Shown here: in pieces, positions 36,556-46,417 of the stretch
Layout of the letters: every line of letters starts with the position of its first letter
Numbering within the stretch: the stretch's first letter is position 1
Source of the DNA: Tannerella forsythia
Lineage (GTDB): Bacteria > Bacteroidota > Bacteroidia > Bacteroidales > Tannerellaceae
DNA length: 64,000 bases
Direction of reading: 5' to 3'
NCBI RefSeq assembly: GCF_001006485.1
Contig: NZ_JUET01000078.1
Location: 35,143-99,142, forward strand
Translations under genes and position numbers: made by a program
Notes under the pieces: generated by a model
Told to the model about the DNA's origin: nothing
The model's database searches: none
What the model saw: the letters and a program-made list of their open reading frames with translations, nothing else

Positions 36556-38226
36556 GTGAAGATGGATTGGTTGAACGGTTTATTTGTAGAACACTCCCCC
36601 ATGCAGGCAGTGGTTGTGCTTTCACTCATCGTTGCGGTAGGATTGGCATTGGGTAAAATACATATCGGTGGAATATCCTTGGGAGTTACTTTCGTCTTTT
36701 TTACAGGTATTTTAGCCGGGCATTTCGGGCTTTCCATAGATGATAAAATGCTGGCTTATGCTGAAAGCTTCGGATTAGTCATTTTTATCTACTCTCTCGG
36801 GTTACAGGTCGGTCCGGGTTTCTTTAATTCGTTTCGTAAAGAAGGGATCATGCTCAATATGCTATCGATGGCGCTTATCTTAATCGGAAGCGGGTTGACC
36901 GTTCTGCTATCGCATCTGACAGAGGTATCGTTACCGGATATGGTTGGTATTTTTTGCGGAGCCACGACCAACACACCGGCCTTGGGAGCGGCACAGCAGA
37001 CCTTAAAACAGATCGGACTGGACAGCAACATCCCTGCTTTAGGCTGCGCCGTGGCTTATCCTTTAGGGGTGGTCGGGGTGATTTTTGCAATCTTACTCAT
37101 CCGGAAAACACTCGTTCGTGAGGAGCTACTGAACAACGTTGAAAAGGATGATTTAAAAAAAGTATATGTAGCCGCTTTTCAAGTGCATAATCCGGCGGTC
37201 TTTGAAAAAAGTGTCAAGGAAATTGTTCGGATGAGTGATCTGAAATTTATCATCTCACGTTTATGGAGAGACGGGCATGTAAGCATTCCAACGTCGGAAA
37301 AAATCTTGAAAGAGAATGACAGATTATTGGTTATCACATCGGAAAAAGATGTGCAAGCCTTAACGTTCCTGTTCGGTCAGCAGGAAAAGACGGACTGGAA
37401 CAAGGAGGATATCGACTGGAATGCTATTGATACGGAGTTAGTTTCAAAACGTATTGTGGTGACTCGTGCAGCGTTGAACGGCAAAAAATTAGGTTCTCTC
37501 CGTTTACGCAATCATTATGGAATCAATATCAGTCGTGTTTTTCGCTCAGGGGTGGAGTTGCTTGCCACTCCCGAATTGGTGCTCCAGTTAGGAGACCGGT
37601 TGACGGTAGTGGGCGAGGCTGCAGCGATCCGAAACGTAGAGCAGGTATTGGGGAATGCCGTCAAAGATCTGGAAGAGCCCAACCTCGTCGTGATTTTTAT
37701 CGGTCTCGTTTTGGGGCTGGCTTTAGGATCTGTGCCGTTTTCATTTCCGGGCATCGCTACACCGGTGAAATTGGGTTTAGCGGCAGGTCCTATTATCGTC
37801 GGCATTTTACTGGGCACATTCGGTCCCCGCATACACATGATTACTTACACAACTCGCAGTGCCCATCTGATGCTTCGTGCGATCGGTCTTTCCATGTACC
37901 TGGCATGTCTAGGGTTGGACGCGGGCACACACTTCTTCGAAACGGTGTTTCGCCCCGAAGGGCTTTTGTGGATTGTGATCGGCGCAGGGTTAACCCTTAT
38001 ACCTACCATTATCGTAGGAGTCGTTGCTTTAAAAGTCATGAAGATCGACTTTGGGACGGTTTCGGGCATGTTGTGCGGAAGTATGGCTAATCCGATGGCA
38101 TTAAGCTACGTCAATGAAACGATATCCGGAGACAATCCTTCGATTGCTTATGCCACGGTTTATCCGTTAGGCATGTTTGCACGAGTCATCCTTGTGCAGA
38201 TACTGTTGATGTGCTTATTGGGATAA
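36556..38226 (+). CDS. Putative transporter of the YidE/YbjL (AspT-like) family with two TrkA-C (RCK_C) domains
   Basis: Two homologous 5-6 TM halves separated by two cytoplasmic TrkA-C-like domains (RIVVTRAALNGKKLGSLRL...). Confidence 0.75.
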   Translation: MKMDWLNGLFVEHSPMQAVVVLSLIVAVGLALGKIHIGGISLGVTFVFFTGILAGHFGLSIDDKMLAYAESFGLVIFIYSLGLQVGPGFFNSFRKEGIMLNMLSMALILIGSGLTVLLSHLTEVSLPDMVGIFCGATTNTPALGAAQQTLKQIGLDSNIPALGCAVAYPLGVVGVIFAILLIRKTLVREELLNNVEKDDLKKVYVAAFQVHNPAVFEKSVKEIVRMSDLKFIISRLWRDGHVSIPTSEKILKENDRLLVITSEKDVQALTFLFGQQEKTDWNKEDIDWNAIDTELVSKRIVVTRAALNGKKLGSLRLRNHYGINISRVFRSGVELLATPELVLQLGDRLTVVGEAAAIRNVEQVLGNAVKDLEEPNLVVIFIGLVLGLALGSVPFSFPGIATPVKLGLAAGPIIVGILLGTFGPRIHMITYTTRSAHLMLRAIGLSMYLACLGLDAGTHFFETVFRPEGLLWIVIGAGLTLIPTIIVGVVALKVMKIDFGTVSGMLCGSMANPMALSYVNETISGDNPSIAYATVYPLGMFARVILVQILLMCLLG

Positions 38227-38285
38227 TGATGATTTCGTTATTTGCAGGAAAAGCGGTATCTTTGCCGACCCAAAATAAACATACT

Positions 38286-38981
38286 ATGGATTATGCAATT
38301 ATCGCTGCCGGTGAGGGTTCACGCCTCGTTCAGGAAGGGATGAAGACTCCCAAACCCTTGCTCCGCTTACACGGAGTCCCCTTGATCGACCGGCTGATTC
38401 ATCTTTTTTTGAGGCATCACGCCACGTCGATCAGTATCATCGTGAATGAAGAGATGACGGAAGTGCAGGCGCACCTGAAAGCTCTTTCGCTGCCGGTACC
38501 GTTTCATTTATTGGTACAATCCACCCCCAGCTCGATGCATAGTTTTCATGCATTAAGCCGCTTCCTGACCGGCAATCGGTTTTGTCTGACCACGGTCGAT
38601 ACGATTTTTCAGGAAGATGAATTTACACAATATATCCGTACATTCGAGCAGACATCGACTTTGGATGGCTTGATGGCCGTTACAAGTTTCGTAGACGATG
38701 AGAAGCCGCTCTACGTAAAGACAGACGATGATTACATGATCCAAGCTTTCCTCGATGCGACAGACGAACCCTGCCGTTATGTGTCCGGAGGAATTTACTG
38801 CCTGAGAAATACTGTGTTACCGGCGTTGGATCAGGCAATGGAACAAGGAATCTCACGGATGCGCAACTATCAGCGCCTGTTGGTGAGCGAAGGTTTGCAT
38901 TTGAAGGCCTATCCGTTTCATAAAATTATTGATATCGATCATATCAGTGATCTGGCTAAGGCAGAAACATTTCTGGCATGA
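38286..38981 (+). CDS. Nucleotidyltransferase (sugar/alcohol-phosphate cytidylyl- or nucleotidyl-transferase fold)
   Basis: MDYAIIAAGEGSRLVQEGMKTPKPLLRLHGVPLIDRLI carries the G-x-G-x-R and KPLL signature of GlmU/LicC/IspD/IPCT-type NTP transferases. The ORF-track start at 38211 overlaps the transporter. Confidence 0.7.
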   Translation: MDYAIIAAGEGSRLVQEGMKTPKPLLRLHGVPLIDRLIHLFLRHHATSISIIVNEEMTEVQAHLKALSLPVPFHLLVQSTPSSMHSFHALSRFLTGNRFCLTTVDTIFQEDEFTQYIRTFEQTSTLDGLMAVTSFVDDEKPLYVKTDDDYMIQAFLDATDEPCRYVSGGIYCLRNTVLPALDQAMEQGISRMRNYQRLLVSEGLHLKAYPFHKIIDIDHISDLAKAETFLA

Positions 38982-39020
38982 TACGTACTTCTTCGGATAG
39001 GGTTTTAATAATCAATCAAC

Positions 39021-39878
39021 ATGAATACGCATAAGGTAGCCGGTATTCGCAGGGAAAACCGTTTTTCACCGAATCATGTAGGAAACGATGCCGCCATTTT
39101 TTCATTGACGGCAGAGCATCTGCACCGTATGGGATGCACGGTGAACGAATACATCGAATCGGACCTGTTAGTTCGGGACATCGATGCCAATATCGTTTTT
39201 AACATGGCACGTGAACGACAGATGGTACGTAAATTGCAACGTATGGAAGACGAAGGATGCAAGGTCATCAATTCGGGCTACGGTATCGAGAATTGCACCC
39301 GTGAGAAGATGACGCGTCTTTTGCTATCTGCCGGAATAGCCCATCCGAAGAGCCTGATACTTAAAACGGACGACGATCCGACGGAGGCGCTCGAGGAGGC
39401 CGGCCTGCATCATTGCTGGATCAAACGCGGAGATTTCCATGCCATCCATCGTGAAGACGTGACCTATGTTCGTCATCGCGAAGAGGCCAAAGGTATTTTT
39501 CATGAGTTTGCCGTGCGAGGAATTGAAACCGCAGTGATAAATGAACATCTGGTCGGCGATCTGGTCAAATTTTACGGGGTGTACGGAACGGACTTCTTCT
39601 ATTGGTTTTATCCGTTCGAGATGCATCACGGAAAGTTCGGGCTTGAACAAATCAACGGTGCAGCCAAGGGATTTTCATTCGATCTGAATTATTTACGAAA
39701 AATGTGCGATCAGGCAGCCCAGGTGTTGAACGTCCATATTTATGGTGGCGACTGCATTGTATCGGAAGACGGCACGGTACGACTGATCGACTTCAACGAC
39801 TGGCCGAGTTTTGCACCTTGTCGTGATGAAGCGGCACCCCATATTGCCGAATGTATTTACCGTTTCATGAAACAATGA
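39021..39878 (+). CDS. ATP-grasp fold enzyme (RimK/ITPK-like)
   Basis: Pattern KVINSGYGIENCTREKMTRLLLSAGIAHPKS...WIKRGDFHA...AVINEHLVGDLVKFYGV...IYGGDCIVSEDGTVRLIDFNDWPS, consistent with the ATP-grasp central and C domains. Confidence 0.55.
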   Translation: MNTHKVAGIRRENRFSPNHVGNDAAIFSLTAEHLHRMGCTVNEYIESDLLVRDIDANIVFNMARERQMVRKLQRMEDEGCKVINSGYGIENCTREKMTRLLLSAGIAHPKSLILKTDDDPTEALEEAGLHHCWIKRGDFHAIHREDVTYVRHREEAKGIFHEFAVRGIETAVINEHLVGDLVKFYGVYGTDFFYWFYPFEMHHGKFGLEQINGAAKGFSFDLNYLRKMCDQAAQVLNVHIYGGDCIVSEDGTVRLIDFNDWPSFAPCRDEAAPHIAECIYRFMKQ

Positions 39879-40798
39879 TGACACGCAACTCACAGACAAA
39901 GGATTTGGAGTCCACACTCAAATCGTTGGATACGGAAGAGTTTATTGATATACATTTTTATCGTCCGCTGGGCTATCGATGGGCCTTACTGTTCGAGCGG
40001 ATGGGTATATCGCCGAATGCCGTTACCGTAGCGGGAATCTTTATCGGGATTGCCGCCGGTATTTGTTTTTACTACCCTTCGCCGACAATCAATGTGATCG
40101 GGATGTTACTCCTTGTCTGGGCCAATATGTACGACAGCGCCGACGGTCAGCTGGCGCGTATGACCGGGCAGAAATCACCGTTGGGAAGGATCCTCGACGG
40201 CTTCTGCGGCGATGTATGGTTCTTTGCCATCTATGTCGCCATCTGTTTGCGACTCATGCCGGTTTGGGGCGGATGGATCTGGCTAATGGCTATCGTTACG
40301 GGAGTCTTCCACGGCAAACAAGCCGCCATGGCCGATTACTACCGGAACATCCATCTCCTTTTTCTGAAAGGAAAAGCCGGCAGCGAGTTGTCACACTCAC
40401 CGGCCGTAAAGGCGAATTTCGAGAAGATGACATGGAGACATGATTTTATCTATAAACTCTTTGAGATGTTTTACCTGCGTTACACACGCGGACAGGAACG
40501 ATGGACGCCGCGCTTTCAGGAGATGATGGACATCGTCCGGAACGATTATCACGGAGAAGCGCCGGAATGGTTTCGCAAAGCTTTCCGCACGAAAAGTCTG
40601 CCGTTGATGAAATATACGAATATGCTTTCGTTCAATACACGTGTTATTGCGTTATTCGTAAGCCTTTTGATCGATCAGCCGTGGCTTTATTTCGTTTTCG
40701 AACTGACGGTGCTCAATGTCATGCTCGTTTACATGGTGACGAAGCATGAACGTATTTGCACCGACTTTACCCCCTCATTAAAGAACCAACAGCAATGA
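39875..40798 (+). CDS. CDP-alcohol phosphatidyltransferase-family protein
   Basis: Canonical D-x2-D-G-x2-A-R...G-x3-D-x3-D motif (DSADGQLARMTGQKSPLGRILDGFCGD) and multiple TM helices. The ATG at 39875 overlaps the upstream stop (ATGA). An alternative start is 39851. Confidence 0.8.
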   Translation: MMTRNSQTKDLESTLKSLDTEEFIDIHFYRPLGYRWALLFERMGISPNAVTVAGIFIGIAAGICFYYPSPTINVIGMLLLVWANMYDSADGQLARMTGQKSPLGRILDGFCGDVWFFAIYVAICLRLMPVWGGWIWLMAIVTGVFHGKQAAMADYYRNIHLLFLKGKAGSELSHSPAVKANFEKMTWRHDFIYKLFEMFYLRYTRGQERWTPRFQEMMDIVRNDYHGEAPEWFRKAFRTKSLPLMKYTNMLSFNTRVIALFVSLLIDQPWLYFVFELTVLNVMLVYMVTKHERICTDFTPSLKNQQQ

Positions 40799-41526
40799 TC
40801 AACATAAAAACTATTCAAGGGATCGTGTTCGACTACGGCGGTACGATCGACAGTAACGGATTGCATTGGGCGGAAGTGATCTGGCAGGCTTATCAGGCGG
40901 AGGCTGTTCCCGTCACGAAAGACGTTTTCCGGCAGGCTTACGTGTATGCCGAGCGGACGATGGGGCAACTTCCTTTGGTAAAACCGGAGCATACGTTTGC
41001 CGATATGATGCGTATTAAGACCGATTTGCAAATCGAGTGGCTTCGTGAGAATCGGTATTTGTCGGACATGGAAGCCTCACGCGAATTGAAACGAAGCCTG
41101 GCCGGGCGATGCTATACATTCGCTGCGCGGTCGACCGCTGCGGCGCGCCCTGTTATCGAGGTGCTGGCCGACAGTTATCCGCTGGTCATGGTTTCCAATT
41201 TTTACGGAAACCTTCGGACGGTATTGAAAGATTTCCGTCTCGATGCGTATTTCCCGCTCCTTATCGAGTCAGCGACGGTGGGCGTCCGCAAACCCGATCC
41301 TCAAATCTTCCGGTTGGGAATCAGCGCCCTGAACATACCGGCTGCTCATATCGCTGTGATCGGAGACTCGTACGATAAGGATATCGTTCCTGCCGCCGCT
41401 GTGGGTTGCCGTACGGTCTGGCTCAAAAACATCGGTTGGAAAGAATATGCCGGTAACGAGACGGCTGACGCTGTAATTTCGGACTTTTCGGAGCTGAAAA
41501 CGGTTTTTAATTTGTCATCATCTTAA
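40795..41526 (+). CDS. HAD-superfamily hydrolase (subfamily IA-like)
   Basis: Motif I variant VFDYGGTID, motif II MVSN, motif III GVRKPDPQIF, motif IV VIGDSYDKD. Its start overlaps the upstream stop (ATGA). Confidence 0.75.
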   Translation: MINIKTIQGIVFDYGGTIDSNGLHWAEVIWQAYQAEAVPVTKDVFRQAYVYAERTMGQLPLVKPEHTFADMMRIKTDLQIEWLRENRYLSDMEASRELKRSLAGRCYTFAARSTAAARPVIEVLADSYPLVMVSNFYGNLRTVLKDFRLDAYFPLLIESATVGVRKPDPQIFRLGISALNIPAAHIAVIGDSYDKDIVPAAAVGCRTVWLKNIGWKEYAGNETADAVISDFSELKTVFNLSSS

Positions 41527-41550
41527 AAAACATATACCTTTGTCCACCGG

Positions 41551-42006
41551 ATGAAAAGTCCTCGGATGAAGCATAAACGACATATCATGCAATGGGTCGT
41601 ATGGATAAGCAGTGTATTCTTCCTGTTTTCGGCGACGGCACCACATCATCATCACGATGGTGGGAAAGTTTGTTTTATGTCTTTTTGGGGAGACGGAGCA
41701 AAACATGCCTGCTGTCATACGTGCGGCGAAACCTCTCCGAACAGCCATCTTCATCACCATCCTTTACAGACATGCGATGATTGTGGGGCGACCGTGTCCG
41801 TCACCCTGACACAGGATCATGATAGCCATGCGGCTGTGACGCCTGTTCTCATTCCTTTCTTCGTATTACTGAATTATCTCTATCCGGCCGAATTGGAACA
41901 AGCCGGTCTGTGTTTCTCCCGAAAACATCTCTCCTTTTATATCGAAGCGCTTCGCGACACGTGGATTACACGTGCTTCGGGACTGCGCGCCCCGCCTCTT
42001 TTTTAA
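41551..42006 (+). CDS. Hypothetical His/Cys-rich small membrane protein (possible metal-binding accessory protein)
   Basis: One N-terminal TM helix (WVVWISSVFFLFSATA), then the HHHHDGG, CCHTCGE and HLHHHP motifs, and DDCG. It sits directly upstream of czcBAC. The start is ambiguous (41551 or 41587). Confidence 0.45.
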   Translation: MKSPRMKHKRHIMQWVVWISSVFFLFSATAPHHHHDGGKVCFMSFWGDGAKHACCHTCGETSPNSHLHHHPLQTCDDCGATVSVTLTQDHDSHAAVTPVLIPFFVLLNYLYPAELEQAGLCFSRKHLSFYIEALRDTWITRASGLRAPPLF

Positions 42007-42081
42007 TGAACCGAAAATCATTTCAGGCTGATTGCAGACGTACTATATTCAGCGATTGTTCATTCATTAAAAAAGTCAATT

Positions 42082-43320
42082 ATGAAACATCGATCATTTA
42101 TTTTATTGTGGGCAGTTTGCGCCTGCATACTTGCCGGGTGTGGCGGCTCATCCACACAAAAAGACGAACATCAACACGCTCATGATGAACATTCACATCA
42201 TGATCATAAACATGAGCATGACCATAAACACGACCATGACCATGAAGGGGAGGAGCATGATCACGACTATAAAGAAGACACCCATGAAGCCATAGATAAC
42301 GAGATTATTTTTACAGCCGAACAGGCCAAGGCCGTAGGTCTGGAAGTCAGCACCGCAGAGCCCGGTCTGTTTTGTCAGGTAATCAAAGCCGGCGGACAAA
42401 TCCTGTCGGCACAAGGTGACGAGGTGACGATAGCCGCGACATCGAACGGTATCCTTTCTTTTTCCGGTTCTGCAGTCGAGGGAGTGGCGGTACGTGCCGG
42501 CGAAGCGATCGCATCGATCTCGGCCAAAGATATTGCCAATGGTGATCCGGTGGCGCAGGCCCGGATTACGTATGAAACCGCCGAGAAAGAATTCCGACGC
42601 GCCGAAGAGTTAGTGAAGGATCAAATCATCTCGACCCAGGAATTCGAGCAGGTTCGCCTCCGTTACGAAACGGCGAAGACCGCCTATCGGGCGTTTGCCG
42701 GCAAAGCGGGAGTGCACGGCGTAAGGCTTACGACACCCATCGCAGGATACCTCAAAAACCGGTTTGTCAATCAGGGAGAGTTTGTGGCAGTCGGCCAGCC
42801 TGTCGCCACCGTTTCACAGAACCGGCGGTTACAATTGCGTGCCGAGGTTCCTGAAAAATATTTCAGAGACTTACAGCACATCGGGAGTGCGAATTTCAAG
42901 GTATCCTACAGCGACCGGATATACAAACTGAGCGAACTGAAAGGGCGGTTGCTGTCGTTCGGGAAGTCGGCAGGACAAGCCTCGTTCTATATTCCCGTCA
43001 CTTTCGAGTTCGACAATATCGGCGATATCATGCCCGGCGCTTACGCCGAAGTGTATCTGCTTTCCACTCCGCGTCCCGATGTGATAACCTTGCCGATAAA
43101 GGCTGTAACGGAGGAGCAAGGGGTTCATTTTGTGTATGTTCAACTCGACGAAGAAGGTTACGTAAAAAGAGAAGTTACCTTAGGAGCTGACGACGGTGAG
43201 CGCGTGCAGATTCTTTCCGGGATACATGTGGGAGATCGCGTCGTGACGCAGGGTGTTTACCAGCTGAAGCTGGCGGCCAATGCAAGCGTGATTCCGGAAG
43301 GTCACAGTCACAGTCATTAA
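42082..43320 (+). CDS. Efflux RND periplasmic adaptor subunit (CzcB/CusB-like) with a His-rich N-terminal extension
   Basis: Lipoprotein signal (ILAGC), then His-rich HQHAHDEHSHHDHKHEHDHKHDHDHEGEEHDHDY, an MFP barrel-sandwich/beta-barrel core and the C-terminal HSHSH. Confidence 0.8.
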   Translation: MKHRSFILLWAVCACILAGCGGSSTQKDEHQHAHDEHSHHDHKHEHDHKHDHDHEGEEHDHDYKEDTHEAIDNEIIFTAEQAKAVGLEVSTAEPGLFCQVIKAGGQILSAQGDEVTIAATSNGILSFSGSAVEGVAVRAGEAIASISAKDIANGDPVAQARITYETAEKEFRRAEELVKDQIISTQEFEQVRLRYETAKTAYRAFAGKAGVHGVRLTTPIAGYLKNRFVNQGEFVAVGQPVATVSQNRRLQLRAEVPEKYFRDLQHIGSANFKVSYSDRIYKLSELKGRLLSFGKSAGQASFYIPVTFEFDNIGDIMPGAYAEVYLLSTPRPDVITLPIKAVTEEQGVHFVYVQLDEEGYVKREVTLGADDGERVQILSGIHVGDRVVTQGVYQLKLAANASVIPEGHSHSH

Positions 43321-43333
43321 AAACCGGACGGAT

Positions 43334-46300
43334 ATGCTGAATAATATTATACGATTTTCATTGAATAATCGGCTGATCGTGCTTGCCGCAGCTGTATTAT
43401 TGCTCTTTGCCGGTACGTATACGGCCATGAACATGGACGTGGATGTCTTCCCCGACCTGAATGCTCCGACCGTAGTCGTGATGACCGAGGCAAAAGGGAT
43501 GGCTCCCGAGGAAGTAGAGCGGTTGGTCACTTTTCCGGTAGAGACGGCCGTCAACGGAGCGACGGATGTGCGTCGCGTACGTTCATCGTCGACAACCGGC
43601 TTCTCGGTCGTATGGGTCGAGTTTAACTGGGGGACGGATATTTACCGTGCGCGCCAGATCGTATCGGAAAAGCTGGCTATGATCGGCGAATCTTTACCGC
43701 CGAACGCAGGAAGACCGACGCTGGGGCCGCAATCGTCTATTCTCGGCGAGATGATGATTATCGGCCTGACGGCCGATACGACCTCGATGGAGGAACTGCG
43801 AACGATCGCCGACTGGACCATTCGTCCGCGTCTGTTGTCTACGGGCGGAGTAGCGCAAGTAGCCGTATTGGGAGGCGATATCAGGGAATATCAGGTGTTG
43901 CTGAATCCTGAAAAGATGAAGCATTACGGGATCGGTCTGGACGAGGTGATGAAAGTAGTTCGCGACATGAATCAAAACGCGTCGGGCGGGGTATTATACG
44001 AATACGGAAACGAGTACATCATCCATGGCGTGATCTCCACCAACGACGTCGATGCCCTTTCGAAAGCCGTATTGAAACGCGTGGGCGAGGTACCGCTCTT
44101 GCTGGGCGATGTGGCCGATGTACGTATCGGCGCGAAGATGCCGAAACTCGGCGTAGCATCGCACCGCGCCAAGCCGGCCGTATTGCTGACGGTCACGAAA
44201 CAGCCGCATACGAGCACGCTCGATCTGACGCGGAAGCTCGACGCTTCCATCGCCGAATTGCAAAAAACGATGCCCCGTGATGTGCAGGTGGCAACCGATA
44301 TCTTCCGACAGTCACGATTTATCGAAAGTTCGATCGGCAACATTCGGCGATCGCTGATCGAAGGGGCTGTTTTCGTCGTGATCATCCTGTTTATCTTCCT
44401 GATGAATGCACGAACCACCCTGATCTCGCTCGTCACCATTCCTTTGTCGATCCTCGTTGCCATCGTCGTGTTACGATTGATGGGGCTGACGATTAACACG
44501 ATGAGTATCGGAGGGATGGCCATTGCGATCGGCTCACTCGTTGACGATGCGATCGTCGACGTCGAAAACGTCTACAAACGTCTGCGTGAGAACCGGCAGA
44601 AGCCCGAGGCCGAGCGGCGCGGAGTGATTGCCGTCGTGTTCGATGCCTCGCAGGAGGTGCGGATGCCAATCCTGAACTCAACCTTTATTATCGTCGTCAG
44701 CTTCGTGCCGTTGTTCTTCCTTTCGGGTATGGAGGGACGGATGCTGGCGCCGTTGGGCGTGGCTTTTATTGTGGCGCTGTTTGCCTCTACTCTCGTAGCG
44801 TTGACGCTGACCCCCGTGTTATGCAGTTTTCTGCTCACGGCAGACCGCCAGACAAAGAAAAACAAAGAGCCGTTCGTGGTGCGTCATCTCAAGGCGGCTT
44901 ACGAACGCGCTTTAGACCGGACGCTGACCCATCGGAAGGCTTCGCTCGGCATTACGGGTGGGATCGCACTCGTGGCGCTCGTCGCCTTTTTCATGTTGGG
45001 AAACAGTTTTCTGCCGTCGTTCAACGAAGGTTCGTTTACGATCAACGTAAGTACACTGCCGGGCATCTCGCTCGAAGAGTCGGACAAGGTTGGTCGCCGG
45101 GCGGAAGAGTTACTGCTTTCGATTCCGGAGATACGGACGGTGGCACGTAAGACCGGACGCGCCGAGTTAGACGAGCATGCGTTGGGGGTCAATGTCTCTG
45201 AAATCGAAGCGCCGTTCGAGCTTTCCGGACGGTCGAAAGAAGAGGTCGTCGAGGAAGTGCGGGAGAAGCTGAAAACGCTTTCGGGAGTAAATATTGAGAT
45301 CGGACAACCCATCTCGCACCGTATCGACGCGATGTTATCAGGCACACGAGCCAATATTGCCATCAAGCTGTTCGGTACGGACCTGAACCGTATGTTCGCG
45401 CTCGGCAACCGGATTAAGACGAGTATCGCCGATATCGAGGGGATTGCCGACCTGAACGTAGAGCAGCAGATCGAACGTCCTCAGATCAAAATCGAGCCGA
45501 AACGCGAGATGCTCGCCAAATACGGCATCCCCCCTTCCGAGTTCGGAGAGTATGTATCGGTTATGCTCGGTGGCGAGGTCGTTTCGCAGGTGTATGAAGG
45601 CAATCGCTCCTTCGATCTGACCGTAAGGGTCAATGACGAGAGCCGGAGCGGCATCGACCGGATCGGTGATCTGATCATCGATGCCGACGGGCGGAAAATA
45701 CCGCTGAGCTACGTGGCCGACATTGTTTCGTCCGGCGGGCCGAATACGATCAGCCGCGAGAACGTCAGTCGCAAGATCGTCGTTTCGGCCAATGTGTCGG
45801 GCGGGGACCTGCGGGGTATCGTCCACCGGATACGCGAACGGATCGATGAGCAGATCGTGCTTCCCGAAGGGTATCACATCGAATACGGCGGACAGTTCGA
45901 GAGCGAGCAGGCTGCATCGCGCACGCTGCTCGTCGCCTCTATCCTGTCTATTTTCGTTATCTTCCTGCTGCTTTACAACCAGTTTAGGAGCATGAAGCAG
46001 TCGGCCGTCGTACTGTTGAATCTTCCGTTGGCACTCATCGGCGGCATCTTTGCCATCTTCTTTGCCGACCGAATCATCAGCATCCCCGCCATCATCGGAT
46101 TCATTTCGCTGTTCGGCATTGCCACACGCAACGGCATGCTTCTGATCGATCGATACAACGATCTGAAACGCAGTGGGCTGTCATTGATTGAGTGTGTAAG
46201 GCAAGGTTCATCAGACCGGCTTAACCCCATTCTGATGACGGCGCTTACCTCGGCGCTGGCGCTCGTTCCGCTGGCCTTGGGAGGCGATCTGCCGGGTAAC

Positions 46301-46417
46301 GAAATTCAGAGCCCGATGGCTGTCGTGATTCTGGGCGGATTGTTGACCTCTACGCTGTTAAACGGCTTTATCATCCCGATTATGTATCTTTTAATCCATA
46401 AAAAGCAAGACGTATGA
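43334..46417 (+). CDS. CusA/CzcA-family heavy-metal efflux RND transporter
   Basis: 1027 aa with the 12-TM RND architecture. The N-terminal MLNNIIRFSLNNRLIVLAAAV is typical of CzcA/CusA. Confidence 0.9.
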   Translation: MLNNIIRFSLNNRLIVLAAAVLLLFAGTYTAMNMDVDVFPDLNAPTVVVMTEAKGMAPEEVERLVTFPVETAVNGATDVRRVRSSSTTGFSVVWVEFNWGTDIYRARQIVSEKLAMIGESLPPNAGRPTLGPQSSILGEMMIIGLTADTTSMEELRTIADWTIRPRLLSTGGVAQVAVLGGDIREYQVLLNPEKMKHYGIGLDEVMKVVRDMNQNASGGVLYEYGNEYIIHGVISTNDVDALSKAVLKRVGEVPLLLGDVADVRIGAKMPKLGVASHRAKPAVLLTVTKQPHTSTLDLTRKLDASIAELQKTMPRDVQVATDIFRQSRFIESSIGNIRRSLIEGAVFVVIILFIFLMNARTTLISLVTIPLSILVAIVVLRLMGLTINTMSIGGMAIAIGSLVDDAIVDVENVYKRLRENRQKPEAERRGVIAVVFDASQEVRMPILNSTFIIVVSFVPLFFLSGMEGRMLAPLGVAFIVALFASTLVALTLTPVLCSFLLTADRQTKKNKEPFVVRHLKAAYERALDRTLTHRKASLGITGGIALVALVAFFMLGNSFLPSFNEGSFTINVSTLPGISLEESDKVGRRAEELLLSIPEIRTVARKTGRAELDEHALGVNVSEIEAPFELSGRSKEEVVEEVREKLKTLSGVNIEIGQPISHRIDAMLSGTRANIAIKLFGTDLNRMFALGNRIKTSIADIEGIADLNVEQQIERPQIKIEPKREMLAKYGIPPSEFGEYVSVMLGGEVVSQVYEGNRSFDLTVRVNDESRSGIDRIGDLIIDADGRKIPLSYVADIVSSGGPNTISRENVSRKIVVSANVSGGDLRGIVHRIRERIDEQIVLPEGYHIEYGGQFESEQAASRTLLVASILSIFVIFLLLYNQFRSMKQSAVVLLNLPLALIGGIFAIFFADRIISIPAIIGFISLFGIATRNGMLLIDRYNDLKRSGLSLIECVRQGSSDRLNPILMTALTSALALVPLALGGDLPGNEIQSPMAVVILGGLLTSTLLNGFIIPIMYLLIHKKQDV

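Noticed and set aside
43972-44523. 183-aa minus-strand ORF and other antisense ORFs inside czcA
   Set aside because: The RND transporter reading frame is continuous and conserved across 1027 aa.
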